Notes: generated by a model from the letters alone, not told the origin. Shown: positions 1-8,763, numbered from the stretch's first letter. The stretch: DNA of 64,000 nt from Deltaproteobacteria bacterium (GCA_002731275.1 PCBK01000053.1:36275-100274), one strand, 5' to 3'. Program-made: numbers and translations.

Positions 1-52
1 TTTCACCCCGAACCCCACAATGCTCACGCATTGTCTGCTTTGATGGTAGGAT
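1..52 (+). repeat. Partial copy A of a dispersed structured intergenic repeat (hairpins CAATGC-N4-GCATTG etc.), truncated by window start
   Basis: Near-identical to 2715-2765, 4250-4300 and (diverged) 8670-8730; contains the CCCCACAATGCTCACGCATTGTCTG core. Confidence 0.6.
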
Positions 53-291
53 GTTTTTTGTTGGAGGTGAGTGATGCTCTCGATTTTGAAAAGTGAATGG
101 TGTGAGAAGTGCGGACAAGTCAAGTCGATAGCTCGCCTTTCTAAACCAACCCCGAAGGGGTTCAACCAAGGGGGGAGGCAAGCGAAGCGCGCCAGGGGGA
201 CATTATTTCCCCCGTTAGTCCGTCTTCAAAAAGTCTTCACAAACAAAAAACTCGCTCAAAATCCTCTGAACAAAACGATGACTTTTTTCAT

Positions 292-768
292 GTGATATAT
301 TTGGAGGACAATATTCTGTGGAGATTGTTGAGGAGATGTTTTCAGATGGTGGAAGAGCTCATACCAGACAATATAATCGTTTTGCCAGTTCCGGACTTTG
401 ACTTTCTTGACAATAACCAAGGACGCCGTGTCTGGAAGTTATCTTTTGAAAAGGAAGTCAATGAGGTCGCATTGACTTCTCTGACTCTTATCCTTGATGA
501 ATACACGATTGAAGGAGTCCATTTTCAATTTGCCATCGTAGATCCTCACGTCCTCCATTTAATTGTTTTGTCTGACGTTCACCCTGGAGCTTTATCCGTG
601 ACAGTGTCAACACTAAAAGTCCTTAGCCATGTGAACAAGGTATCACTTAATCTTACTCATATCGAAGATGTGGAGGTTGTATTGTGGGAAGGTCGTTTTG
701 TCGAGCCTCGCGATTTTGTCGAAAGTGATCCATCATCGCTTCATGAACTGCCGAAATACTCAAAGTGA
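292..768 (+). CDS. hypothetical protein (GTG start), AT-rich codon usage
   Basis: ORF track 292..768; no recognisable motif; tightly followed by S1-domain ORF, same strand. Confidence 0.3.
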   Translation: MIYLEDNILWRLLRRCFQMVEELIPDNIIVLPVPDFDFLDNNQGRRVWKLSFEKEVNEVALTSLTLILDEYTIEGVHFQFAIVDPHVLHLIVLSDVHPGALSVTVSTLKVLSHVNKVSLNLTHIEDVEVVLWEGRFVEPRDFVESDPSSLHELPKYSK

Positions 769-786
769 AAGGTTTTGGAGCGCTTG

Positions 787-1335
787 ATGGATAGAGATTG
801 TTTGTTTGAGGTAGTTGAAAACGCAATGTTGCAAGAGTCTTGTATCGAAGTTGAGGTAGAGGAAGTCCATTCATATGGAGCTTGGGTGACTTTTGGCGGA
901 CTGACAGGTTACATCGACTTCGTTGAGGTGAGTTGGGAGCAGATCATCCATCCAGAGGAAGTTTTGAAAGTTGGATGTGCTGAAAAGGTGAGGGTTCTGT
1001 TGTGTTTCAATCCTCCAAAAGAGGATCTCGCAGGAAGAAGAATCTACTTTGTGTGTTCTCCCAAGCAAGCACATCCCGAAGATAATCCTTGGTCTGAAGA
1101 GCAACGTCCTTCGATAGGACAAAGCATGACAGGAAAGATCACGAGTCGAACTGATTATGGAGCTTTTGTGTCATTTGAGAGCGGCCTGGTTGGTTTGCTT
1201 CTTCGTGAAAAGGAACTCCGTCAGAATGATATTGGATCCGAACTCACCGTAAGGGTGTATGAGCTTGATGTTGCGAGAAAGATTTTGTTGCTGGAAGAAG
1301 TTGCATTGGGAGAGGAGATGAATGAGGAGGCTTGA
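787..1335 (+). CDS. small protein with two S1-like RNA-binding domains
   Basis: Two S1-like motifs (YGAWVTFGGLTGYIDFVEVSW... and GKITSRTDYGAFVSFESGLVGLLLREKEL); ATG 787 preceded by GGAG; ORF track gives 775 (TTG). Confidence 0.5.
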   Translation: MDRDCLFEVVENAMLQESCIEVEVEEVHSYGAWVTFGGLTGYIDFVEVSWEQIIHPEEVLKVGCAEKVRVLLCFNPPKEDLAGRRIYFVCSPKQAHPEDNPWSEEQRPSIGQSMTGKITSRTDYGAFVSFESGLVGLLLREKELRQNDIGSELTVRVYELDVARKILLLEEVALGEEMNEEA

Positions 1336-2635
1336 TTTCACGAGCGCTAAAATGCAAGACAAAGAGATGTTTAACTTGGCTCATTCACCATCATCCTCTG
1401 AGGTGACAGAGCTTCTTTTGGCCTGGAATCTCATTGGAAGTCAAGGCGCGATCTCTCTTGCTCAATCCAACTATCTGACTAACCTTACCCACCTCAACTT
1501 GAACAACAACTCCATTGGTGATGAGGGACTTTCTGCAATCTTGGAGGCTTCTTTTTTTCCACAACTCATATCACTGCAGCTCAGAGGAAATAAGCTTACC
1601 GAAGAAGGCGCCTTTGCTCTTGCAAGCACCAAGCGGAACTTACAATTGGCGTTTCTTCGGTTGGATTTCAACAATGTTGGGGATGATGCTCTCATCAAAC
1701 TCGCCCACTCTCCATCTTTTTCTCAACTCAAGCGATTGGGACTCAAGCGTGGTCGTATCTCTTCCCGTTCAATCGATGTGTTGGGGCAGTCTACTTGCAT
1801 ACAGCTCCAAGCCTTAGAGCTGGCTCACAACTCTATCGGTGATGAAGGTGCTTTGGCAATCGCCCAATCTTCTTCTTTTTCTCAACTCAAAACACTCGAT
1901 GCCTTCGGATGTGGGTTCACTGAAGAGGGTGTGAGTGCAATCATCTACTCTCCTTTTCTCTCGGGATTGGAGCGGCTTAACCTCCAAAACAACTCTATCG
2001 GTGATGAAGGTGCCATTGCACTCGCTCGTTCTGTGTATCTTTGCCGACTCAAAGAACTCAATTTGTTTGGTGGCGGCATTTGTGAAAAGGGGATAGAAGC
2101 ACTTGCAAATGCTCCTCATCTCGCAAACTTGAAAACACTGAACTTGAAGTACAATGAAATTGGAAGTGCTGGAGCCATCGCCATCTCGCAAAGTGAATAC
2201 CTCTCAGGACTCGAACATCTTGATCTTGCGAGTAACAATATTGGCGTAGAAGGTGTTCGTGCTGTTACGAGTTCCCCTCATCTTTTGCATCTAAAGCATC
2301 TTTCTTTGGGAAGAAACCAACTTGGTGATGAGGGGATGTCTCTTCTTGCTCAATCCCCAAATCTCTCGGATCTTGTGGTGTTACAAGCCAAAGGAAACCA
2401 ATTGACCTCAAAAGGTGTTGTGGAGTTTGTCTGCTCTGGAAACTGCTGCCACCTCGAATGGATCGATCTCTCGGAGAACAACATTGATGATGAAGGAGCA
2501 ATCGCGATCGCCAATTCATCAACATTGACAAATCTGAAAACGCTCATTCTTTGGGATAACCAAATCACGGCCAAAGGAGTTCATGCCCTCAAGAATTCTT
2601 CAAATCTTTCTTGTCTCGAAGACTTTGGACTGTGA
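1322..2635 (+). CDS. leucine-rich repeat protein, ribonuclease-inhibitor (RNI)-type LRRs
   Basis: ~28-aa repeats LxxLxLxxNxIGDEGaxALAxS repeated >10 times; start overlaps upstream ORF (operon). Confidence 0.7.
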   Translation: MRRLDFTSAKMQDKEMFNLAHSPSSSEVTELLLAWNLIGSQGAISLAQSNYLTNLTHLNLNNNSIGDEGLSAILEASFFPQLISLQLRGNKLTEEGAFALASTKRNLQLAFLRLDFNNVGDDALIKLAHSPSFSQLKRLGLKRGRISSRSIDVLGQSTCIQLQALELAHNSIGDEGALAIAQSSSFSQLKTLDAFGCGFTEEGVSAIIYSPFLSGLERLNLQNNSIGDEGAIALARSVYLCRLKELNLFGGGICEKGIEALANAPHLANLKTLNLKYNEIGSAGAIAISQSEYLSGLEHLDLASNNIGVEGVRAVTSSPHLLHLKHLSLGRNQLGDEGMSLLAQSPNLSDLVVLQAKGNQLTSKGVVEFVCSGNCCHLEWIDLSENNIDDEGAIAIANSSTLTNLKTLILWDNQITAKGVHALKNSSNLSCLEDFGL

Positions 2636-2690
2636 CATTGTTGTGGTCATCCTCTATCATCAATTCGTTTGTGGGGTTCTTTTTCTATGT

Positions 2691-2908
2691 GGGCTGGCAG
2701 CCCACACCCGCTCGGGGTTTCCACCCCGAACCCCACAATGCTCACGCATTGTCTGTTTTGCGCCTTCGGCGCGGGTTCTTTGATGAACATGCTAGGAAAT
2801 TTTTTCAAACAAGCGATTCTACGGAGAGGAAGCACCTTTTAAGTGGTGTTTTTGTTTGAACATATCCAAGCCTGTTCCCTTTTGCAAACATCTCTTTTTA
2901 CCGACCTC
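2691..2908 (+). repeat. Copy B of structured intergenic repeat (composite: core 2691-2788, ~70 bp insertion, tail 2861-2908)
   Basis: Core GGGGTTTCCACCCC / CAATGCTCACGCATTG / GCGCCTTCGGCGC hairpins; tail ATATCCAAGCCYGTTCCCTTTTGCAAACATC matches 4318-4363. Confidence 0.7.
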
Positions 2909-2976
2909 TTTTTTGACAAGATCTTGTGGGCCTGTTCTTTTGTGGCATTCTTGTAGCTTGAAAAGGAGGTGTCCGA

Positions 2977-4116
2977 ATGACCCAAAGCCCCCAAAATGAG
3001 ATTGTTTTCTACAACGAGTTGCTTTCGGAGATCAAGGCACGCATTCAACAGGGGCAGATACGTGCTGTGCTTTCAGCCAATGCAGAGCTGTTGATGACCT
3101 ACTGGGATATCGGCCGGATGCTTCATCTACGCCAACAAGAAGAGGGTTGGGGTGCAGGTGTCATTCCCAAGCTCTCCAAGGATTTACGCAATGATCTTCC
3201 TGAGATGAAAGGATTTTCTGAACGCAATCTTGGGCGAATGGTTCGCTTTTATCGCGAGTACCCAGGACTCTCTGCAATTTTGCCACAGGCTGTGACAAAA
3301 TTAGGAGCAGGCAAAGAAACAGACGCAGAAGAAGAGGTGACAACACCAATATTATCTTCTCCCGACTGGCTGAGGTTGGTGTTTCGTGTGAGCTGGACGC
3401 ACAACATTTTGTTGATTCAGAAGCTCAAGGAGCTTGATCTGCGATGTTGGTACTTGGAGCAGACGATTGCCAATGGTTGGGGGCGTGACACGCTCACAGC
3501 GATGATCAAGAGCAAAGCACACGAACGTCAGGGTAGCGGTGTGAGTAACTTTGATGAGCGTTTACCTTCGCGGCAATCGGAGTTTGCACAACAACTTCTG
3601 AAAGATCCGTACATTTTTGACTTTCTGACATTGGAGGAGCCCTTTCGCGAACAGGAATTGGAAGCGGGTTTGGTCGCACACTTGGAGACATTCCTTCTTG
3701 AGCTTGGTGCGGGCTTTGCGTTTGTAGGACGTCAGTATCATGTGGAGGTTGGGGACAATGACTTCTACATCGACTTGCTCTTTTATCACTTGCGGCTTCG
3801 CTGTTTTGTGGTTGTTGAGTTGAAGAAGGGGGAGTTTAAGCCTGAGTATGCGGGGAAACTGAACTTTTATTGCAACGTGGTGGATGACAAGCTCAAGCAC
3901 GAAACAGATGAGCCAACAATCGGTTTGCTCTTGTGTCAAGGCAAGGACAGGATTCTTGCTGAGTATTCTTTGCGAGGAATCCAGAAGCCTATTGGTATTG
4001 CGGATTACGAATTGACACAGGCGCTGCCTCAAGAACTCAAGTCGAGTTTACCGACAGTTGAAGAAATCGAGGCAGAGTTGGTGGGGGAGCTTGATGGTGA
4101 CGAAGGAACAGAATGA
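2977..4116 (+). CDS. DUF1016 / YhcG-family PD-(D/E)XK nuclease-domain protein
   Basis: N-terminal YWDIGRML...GVIPKLSKDL...KGFSERNLGRMVRFYREYP signature and C-terminal VVELKKGEF (D..ELK) PDDEXK-like motif; RBS AAGGAGG before ATG. Confidence 0.85.
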   Translation: MTQSPQNEIVFYNELLSEIKARIQQGQIRAVLSANAELLMTYWDIGRMLHLRQQEEGWGAGVIPKLSKDLRNDLPEMKGFSERNLGRMVRFYREYPGLSAILPQAVTKLGAGKETDAEEEVTTPILSSPDWLRLVFRVSWTHNILLIQKLKELDLRCWYLEQTIANGWGRDTLTAMIKSKAHERQGSGVSNFDERLPSRQSEFAQQLLKDPYIFDFLTLEEPFREQELEAGLVAHLETFLLELGAGFAFVGRQYHVEVGDNDFYIDLLFYHLRLRCFVVVELKKGEFKPEYAGKLNFYCNVVDDKLKHETDEPTIGLLLCQGKDRILAEYSLRGIQKPIGIADYELTQALPQELKSSLPTVEEIEAELVGELDGDEGTE

Positions 4117-4186
4117 ATAGACTCTATGTGTTTGAGTCCTCTTTGCGAGAACATACTTGGGTATTTGTTTCATCGAGAACGAGGGA

Positions 4187-4241
4187 GGTAGAGCATCAGC
4201 TTCCAAGCTGAGGGTCGCGAGCTCGAATCCCGTTTCCCGCT
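4187..4241 (+). other. tRNA-Trp(CCA)-like 3' fragment (D-stem 3' side, anticodon arm, imperfect T-arm); not a functional tRNA
   Basis: GGTAGAGCA-TCAGC-TTCCAAG-GCTGA anticodon stem-loop with CCA anticodon; no 5' acceptor/D-stem partner upstream; T-arm has a mismatch. Confidence 0.3.
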
Positions 4242-4242
4242 T

Positions 4243-4363
4243 GGGGTTTTCACCCCGTACCCCACAATGCGTTGCATTGTCTGTTTTGCGCCTTCGGCGC
4301 GGGTTCTTTGATGAAGATATCCAAGCCCGTTCCCTTTTGCAAACATCCCTTTTTACCGGCCTC
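4243..4363 (+). repeat. Copy C of structured intergenic repeat (core + tail contiguous)
   Basis: GGGGTTTTCACCCC, CAATGCGTTGCATTG, GCGCCTTCGGCGC hairpins then ATATCCAAGCCCGTTCCCTTTTGCAAACATCC. Confidence 0.7.
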
Positions 4364-4485
4364 ATCAAATCCCTCTAAGGAAACGTTCAGAATTTCCGCT
4401 GAGGAAATTCTCACCAAGAAAACCGAAGGTTTTCAAGGGGGATGCAACGCCCTGCGTTGCAAGGGGGATGGAGTGCCCTGCGTTG

Positions 4486-4956
4486 TTAGGATTTTGGACC
4501 CCAGATGTCAAATCCGCTGACACATCCACCTGAGATGTTGAACAAGATCCCGTGTTGGTCATAGCTCCACCATCCGGATGATGCGTACTTTTTGTCGCTA
4601 GGATATTGAGAAGAAGGTTCGCCATAGGCTGATTCCAACTGTTTGTGCGTCGCACCTTCCCGGATGCCTCGGTCGGTGACTGCTGGGATCCTTCCTTCTA
4701 GAAAAATGATTCCTAACACCTCATCCTGGAACACAAGCTTGAAGCCGTCGTAAATGTGGTAGATATCGTCGGAGTATTTAGTGATCTTTGAAGGTTTGCC
4801 AAAGATGGCGTGCGCCTGTTCGATGCTGCTGCCAAGAGGCAAACCCTCGAAGCCATGGCCTGAGATAGACAGCTCTTCTTTGTTGAGATACCGCTGGCGT
4901 AACTGCTCCGAAGTGCTCTCGACCATTCGAGCGAGAGAGGGATCGTCTTTTGACAC
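4486..4956 (-). CDS. hypothetical protein, immediately downstream of macro-domain gene
   Basis: ORF track; 59 bp after macro gene on same strand; no recognisable motif. Confidence 0.4.
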   Translation of the reverse strand: MSKDDPSLARMVESTSEQLRQRYLNKEELSISGHGFEGLPLGSSIEQAHAIFGKPSKITKYSDDIYHIYDGFKLVFQDEVLGIIFLEGRIPAVTDRGIREGATHKQLESAYGEPSSQYPSDKKYASSGWWSYDQHGILFNISGGCVSGFDIWGPKS

Positions 4957-5015
4957 AGCTTCCTCCTGTACCGTGAGAGTGAGTTGATGTAACGTATATG
5001 CTCTGGGTTAAGGGG

Positions 5016-5618
5016 TCAAGACGACTTTTGTTGAAGAGCCTGGAGCCTTATATTCTCAGATACATTTGCCTCAAGGAATGCTCGGCGCATCTGCCTAGCC
5101 GCTTCTTTGTATGGAATACCGCCTGTTCCTGTGCCCAATCCCGGACACCCGATACCTGTGATCACATGTGCGTTGGTTTGATTGAACTGATAGACTGCCT
5201 TCAACATCGCCTTCATCGCGAGGTAAGCGTTTTGTGTTTCCTTCACTGGACCAGGAATTCTCATCGTCGGAGCCACCACCAAGTACTCAATCCTCTCACT
5301 GTACGTTTCGATGACAAAAGCCGAACCAACAGGTAACTCTCCTCCGTGATCTTGCTTGATTTGTTGTTTTACCCGCTCTTCAATTTGTTGCCCAAACGAG
5401 TAAACATACACTTGATCGATCCCACCATCCATCCATCCATACGAATTGGCTGGGCTTACAACCGCGTTGATGTTCTCCAATTGCATGATGTCTTTGTCTG
5501 AAATCTCGACGCCTTTGACCTCTGAAAAGGCTTCTTTGAATGCTTTGTATAGACCAAATTGTCGAGCAGTCAGAATGAGTGATGGGTGTGATATTGTGTC
5601 CATGTGTTCCCCTGACAA
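5016..5618 (-). CDS. macro-domain protein (ADP-ribose binding/processing family)
   Basis: INAVVSPANSYGWMDGGID and ITGIGCPGLGTGTGGIP motifs matching macro-domain N..N-GG-D and GIG-C-G glycine-rich loops. Confidence 0.65.
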   Translation of the reverse strand: MSGEHMDTISHPSLILTARQFGLYKAFKEAFSEVKGVEISDKDIMQLENINAVVSPANSYGWMDGGIDQVYVYSFGQQIEERVKQQIKQDHGGELPVGSAFVIETYSERIEYLVVAPTMRIPGPVKETQNAYLAMKAMLKAVYQFNQTNAHVITGIGCPGLGTGTGGIPYKEAARQMRRAFLEANVSENIRLQALQQKSS

Positions 5619-6220
5619 AAAATGCGCCTACCACAATTCCATTGCGAACTCCTTGGTGAGAAATGTTATCGCTTCTGCTTGCGATGCGCAAATTCACAAA
5701 TTCGCAAAAGAGAATATGAACTCCGATTGACGGGAAAATGAGAAAGCTTATTCTGGAAATGAGTGCTCACGTTCCCGTTTTTTGCGCCTGAAATGCACAA
5801 GGCATCATCCAAAACCCTCGTCGAATTGGGTTTTGTGTGTTGGGAGAGCTATTCTTGGAAGATGGTTTGGCCTACCCCTTTTTGATAAAGTCGCATGGAG
5901 AGAGCTGTCAGTGAAATAAGACGGAAGGGTTTGTATGCCTTTCGATACTGCACAAATCAAGAAGCCCTTTCTGGGATATACGCGAATGGAGGGGATTCGT
6001 CTCGTTTGGGGGGAGTGATATGTTTTGTATGCTGAAACCAGGACCAGGGTCCCTAAAAGAGAGGAGGCCACCCCCGCGAGATGCAAAGGTGGCCTTTGGG
6101 AGATGTTGTGGTATGTTGAATGGGGATATGGACCGAGTCCAAGAATATAGCTCGATCTCAGGGGGATAGACCGTTTTTTTCAGTCCTACAGCGCCAGGCC
6201 ATACCTGGAACAGGAGATGA

Positions 6221-6406
6221 TCATTTCTGTTTCAGCTTTTTGCTGACACTCTCAGAGGCCTCACCAAACTTCTCTTGGATGATACCTTTCAATTTATCGA
6301 CCGAACCTTCGGCCTTTTTGAAGTCGTCTTCTGTCAATTCAGCCCAGGCTTTCTTTGCACGACCTTTGATCTGTTCCCATTTTCCAACAAGTTTGTCTTC
6401 GTTCAT
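6221..6406 (-). CDS. csbD: CsbD-family general stress protein
   Basis: MNEDKLVGKWEQIKGRAKKAWAELTEDDF... is the canonical CsbD repeat signature; 61 aa. Confidence 0.85.
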   Translation of the reverse strand: MNEDKLVGKWEQIKGRAKKAWAELTEDDFKKAEGSVDKLKGIIQEKFGEASESVSKKLKQK

Positions 6407-6641
6407 TACAAGCTCCTTTGTTTCAAATATTCATTCTAGCGAATCAGTTTCGCCCCTCACATATTTCAAGACGCATGCCAACTTTTTATCTCATTGTTTT
6501 TATATCAATTTTTTGTGTCGCATTCACAATGTTGAATTTTTTTTGAAACAAATCACAGCGCAAACATCTTTCCTGTACAAAGCGCAAATGGACATTGTGC
6601 TCTTTACGAATGCGATGTTGTGAAATGGAGAAGAACCTGTC

Positions 6642-7358
6642 ATGTTGTCTCACAATCAACCTCTTTCAATGGAGTGGTATGCTGGACGTATCACCTCAAA
6701 GCAGAATGCATCTGGCGACTCTGCGACGCCGTGTGAGAGGACTGCGCAGACTGTGAAGAGAGAAGAAGAACGCACACGAGACAAGGAGTGGATTCGCAAG
6801 ATCAAGGCAGGCGAACGCGAGGCTTTTCAGCAACTGTATCAGACGTATTCGCCACAACTGTACCAGCGTATCCTGCGATTGACGGGCCACACACAACAGG
6901 CCGAAGACTGTCTTCAACAAGTCTTTTTACGTGTCATTGAACACATTCATCATTATCGCGGAGAGGGTCACCTCTATGGATGGTTGCTTAAGATCGCGAC
7001 CAATGAAGTCCTTCAGTTGTTTCGCAAACAAGGCCGCTATCGGACATTCCAGGCCGCGTTTTTTGTCTTCATGCAACCAGAAGGTGAGACAACCCCTCTA
7101 CCCGAACAAATCTTTCTCGAAGAAGAGCGCCGTGTGATCGTTCACAAAGCTTTACAACGTCTCGACCATCGCAAACGCATCGTCGTCTTGCTGTGTGACC
7201 TCGAAGGTGAAAAGCTCGAAGACGTCGCCGTACAGCTCTCTATCCCTAAAGGGACCGTCGCATCTCGATTGCACCACGCACGTCGAGACCTCCGAAAGTA
7301 CATCGCATTTGAATGCAAACAATCGGGGTTCTCCGTGGAGGATTGGTATCATGCGTAA
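6642..7358 (+). CDS. ECF-type RNA polymerase sigma-70 factor
   Basis: Region 2 (EAFQQLYQTYSPQLYQRILRLTGHTQQAEDCLQQVFLRVIEHIHHY) and region 4 HTH (EKLEDVAVQLSIPKGTVASRLHHARRDLRK); true start may be an internal ATG. Confidence 0.85.
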   Translation: MLSHNQPLSMEWYAGRITSKQNASGDSATPCERTAQTVKREEERTRDKEWIRKIKAGEREAFQQLYQTYSPQLYQRILRLTGHTQQAEDCLQQVFLRVIEHIHHYRGEGHLYGWLLKIATNEVLQLFRKQGRYRTFQAAFFVFMQPEGETTPLPEQIFLEEERRVIVHKALQRLDHRKRIVVLLCDLEGEKLEDVAVQLSIPKGTVASRLHHARRDLRKYIAFECKQSGFSVEDWYHA

Positions 7359-8316
7359 ATATACACCTACACCTTTCGACAAAGAGACCCAAGACTTTCT
7401 CAAACAACCACATCCTACGTGGCATACTCTTCCTGAAGAGGTCCATGAGCGTCTACTACGTGTCGAACAAGCAAGTCTCAATGCCTTCGACCAACGTGAA
7501 CAACAAAGGCTCCCTTCACGACAAACACAGTCTTTGCGTCAGATCTTTTCGATACGTCGAGGCTTTGTGTATGCCAGCTGTATGGCACTTATGCTCTTGT
7601 TCTTATCGTGGTGGCCTACATGGCCTCCATACACACAACCTGTCATCGTGCGAGCGCCATCTACACCGAAGAAACTCGTGCAAAAGACCATCCAGACAGT
7701 TCGTCGTGTCGAAGGGCTACCACCACGGAAGATCATTGGACCTCGTCTGATAGAAGCACCTGTCGTGCGGACGTGCTCCGAACATGCGTTGGCTGTGATT
7801 GCACCTTCGAGAGCGCGGGATTATTGGCAGGTCCAAGAGTATGGCGATCAGTCGTTGAGTGTTCATTGTAAGGATGCAGCGTCGATGTGTGGTGTGCAAG
7901 AGGAGCATAAACAGATGCATGTCGAGATCCTCGCACACAGAAGAGATGCGGTGCGATTGTCATGTGCAAAAGGGATCTCGATTACTTCGAGAAAGTCGTC
8001 TTTTTCTATCGAACATCGTGACGGTATATACACATTGGTCGCACATCATGGCCCGTTGGCACTCCACCAAAGTGGGCGTTCATCATCACATAGAGTGAAG
8101 GACGCCGTTGAGCTGAGGCAGTCGAGTGCCGGCTGGTTGGTTTCGTTCCCACAAGAACGCATACAAACGCAGCCAAAAGAACATCTGGTCGCGTTTTGTG
8201 GACAGGGTGAGGAGCTGGATCAAGTCGTCGATGCTTCGTTCCGTGGAGGAAGAGGCGTTCACACAAGCAGTCGCTGGTTGGGACGCCAACTCCATATTGT
8301 TGTCCCACACACATAG
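7351..8316 (+). CDS. putative membrane-anchored anti-sigma factor (overlaps sigma stop by ATGCGTAA)
   Basis: Start ATG 7351 overlaps sigma stop 7356-7358; one TM helix (FVYASCMALMLLFLSWWP); classic sigma/anti-sigma arrangement. Confidence 0.55.
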   Translation: MRKYTPTPFDKETQDFLKQPHPTWHTLPEEVHERLLRVEQASLNAFDQREQQRLPSRQTQSLRQIFSIRRGFVYASCMALMLLFLSWWPTWPPYTQPVIVRAPSTPKKLVQKTIQTVRRVEGLPPRKIIGPRLIEAPVVRTCSEHALAVIAPSRARDYWQVQEYGDQSLSVHCKDAASMCGVQEEHKQMHVEILAHRRDAVRLSCAKGISITSRKSSFSIEHRDGIYTLVAHHGPLALHQSGRSSSHRVKDAVELRQSSAGWLVSFPQERIQTQPKEHLVAFCGQGEELDQVVDASFRGGRGVHTSSRWLGRQLHIVVPHT

Positions 8317-8359
8317 ACCGTCGCTCTGCTTACCACTGGCCTTCCATATATACGGACAA

Positions 8360-8640
8360 GTTTCCACTTGCAGGGAGCAGGACGAGTTTCCACTCGCAGG
8401 GAGCAGGGCGAGTTGCCACTCGCAGGGAGCAGGGCGAGTTTCCACTCGCAGGGAGCAGGGCGAGTTTCCACTCGCAGGGAGCAGGGCGAGTTGCCACTCG
8501 CCCTTACGGCTGCCGCGCTCTGCTTGGCATTGGCCTCGCACATACGGACAAGTTGGCACTTGCAGGGAGCAGGGCGAGTTGCCACTCGCCCTTACGACTG
8601 CCGCGCTCTGCTTGGCACTGGCTGCCGCGCTCTGCTTGGC
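8360..8640. repeat. non-coding tandem minisatellite, 26-bp unit GTTTCCACTCGCAGGGAGCAGGGCGA x5-6 plus degenerate longer units
   Basis: Directly abutting units without spacers; downstream of anti-sigma stop. Confidence 0.8.
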
Positions 8641-8651
8641 ATAGTGGGCTC

Positions 8652-8741
8652 GCTGCCCACACCCGCCTGGGGTTTGTTCAACCCCAGACCCCATGATGCT
8701 TACGCATCATTTATGTTGCGCCTTCGGCGCTTATTTTTTCC
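8652..8741 (+). repeat. Copy D (diverged) of structured intergenic repeat; ends in terminator-like GCGCCTTCGGCGC + TTATTTTTTCC
   Basis: Hairpin 2 carries compensatory changes (ATGATGC-TTAC-GCATCAT vs CAATGC-TCAC-GCATTG) preserving pairing; hairpin 3 identical. Confidence 0.65.
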
Positions 8742-8763
8742 ATATTTGAAGGAGTGAAAGAAG

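Noticed and set aside
4160-4245. Complete tRNA-Trp gene
   Set aside because: Only the 3' two-thirds is present, the T-arm is imperfect and no 5' acceptor or D stem exists. It is treated as a fragment.
6120-6623. 167-aa ORF on plus strand
   Set aside because: It is antisense to the clearly recognisable csbD gene.
8360-8640. CRISPR array?
   Set aside because: The 26-bp units abut directly with no spacers, so it is a minisatellite and not CRISPR.
8126-8757. ORFs 8126..8644 and 8368..8757 across the minisatellite
   Set aside because: The translation is just the repeat unit reiterated (REQGELPLAGSRAS...), and there is no start context.
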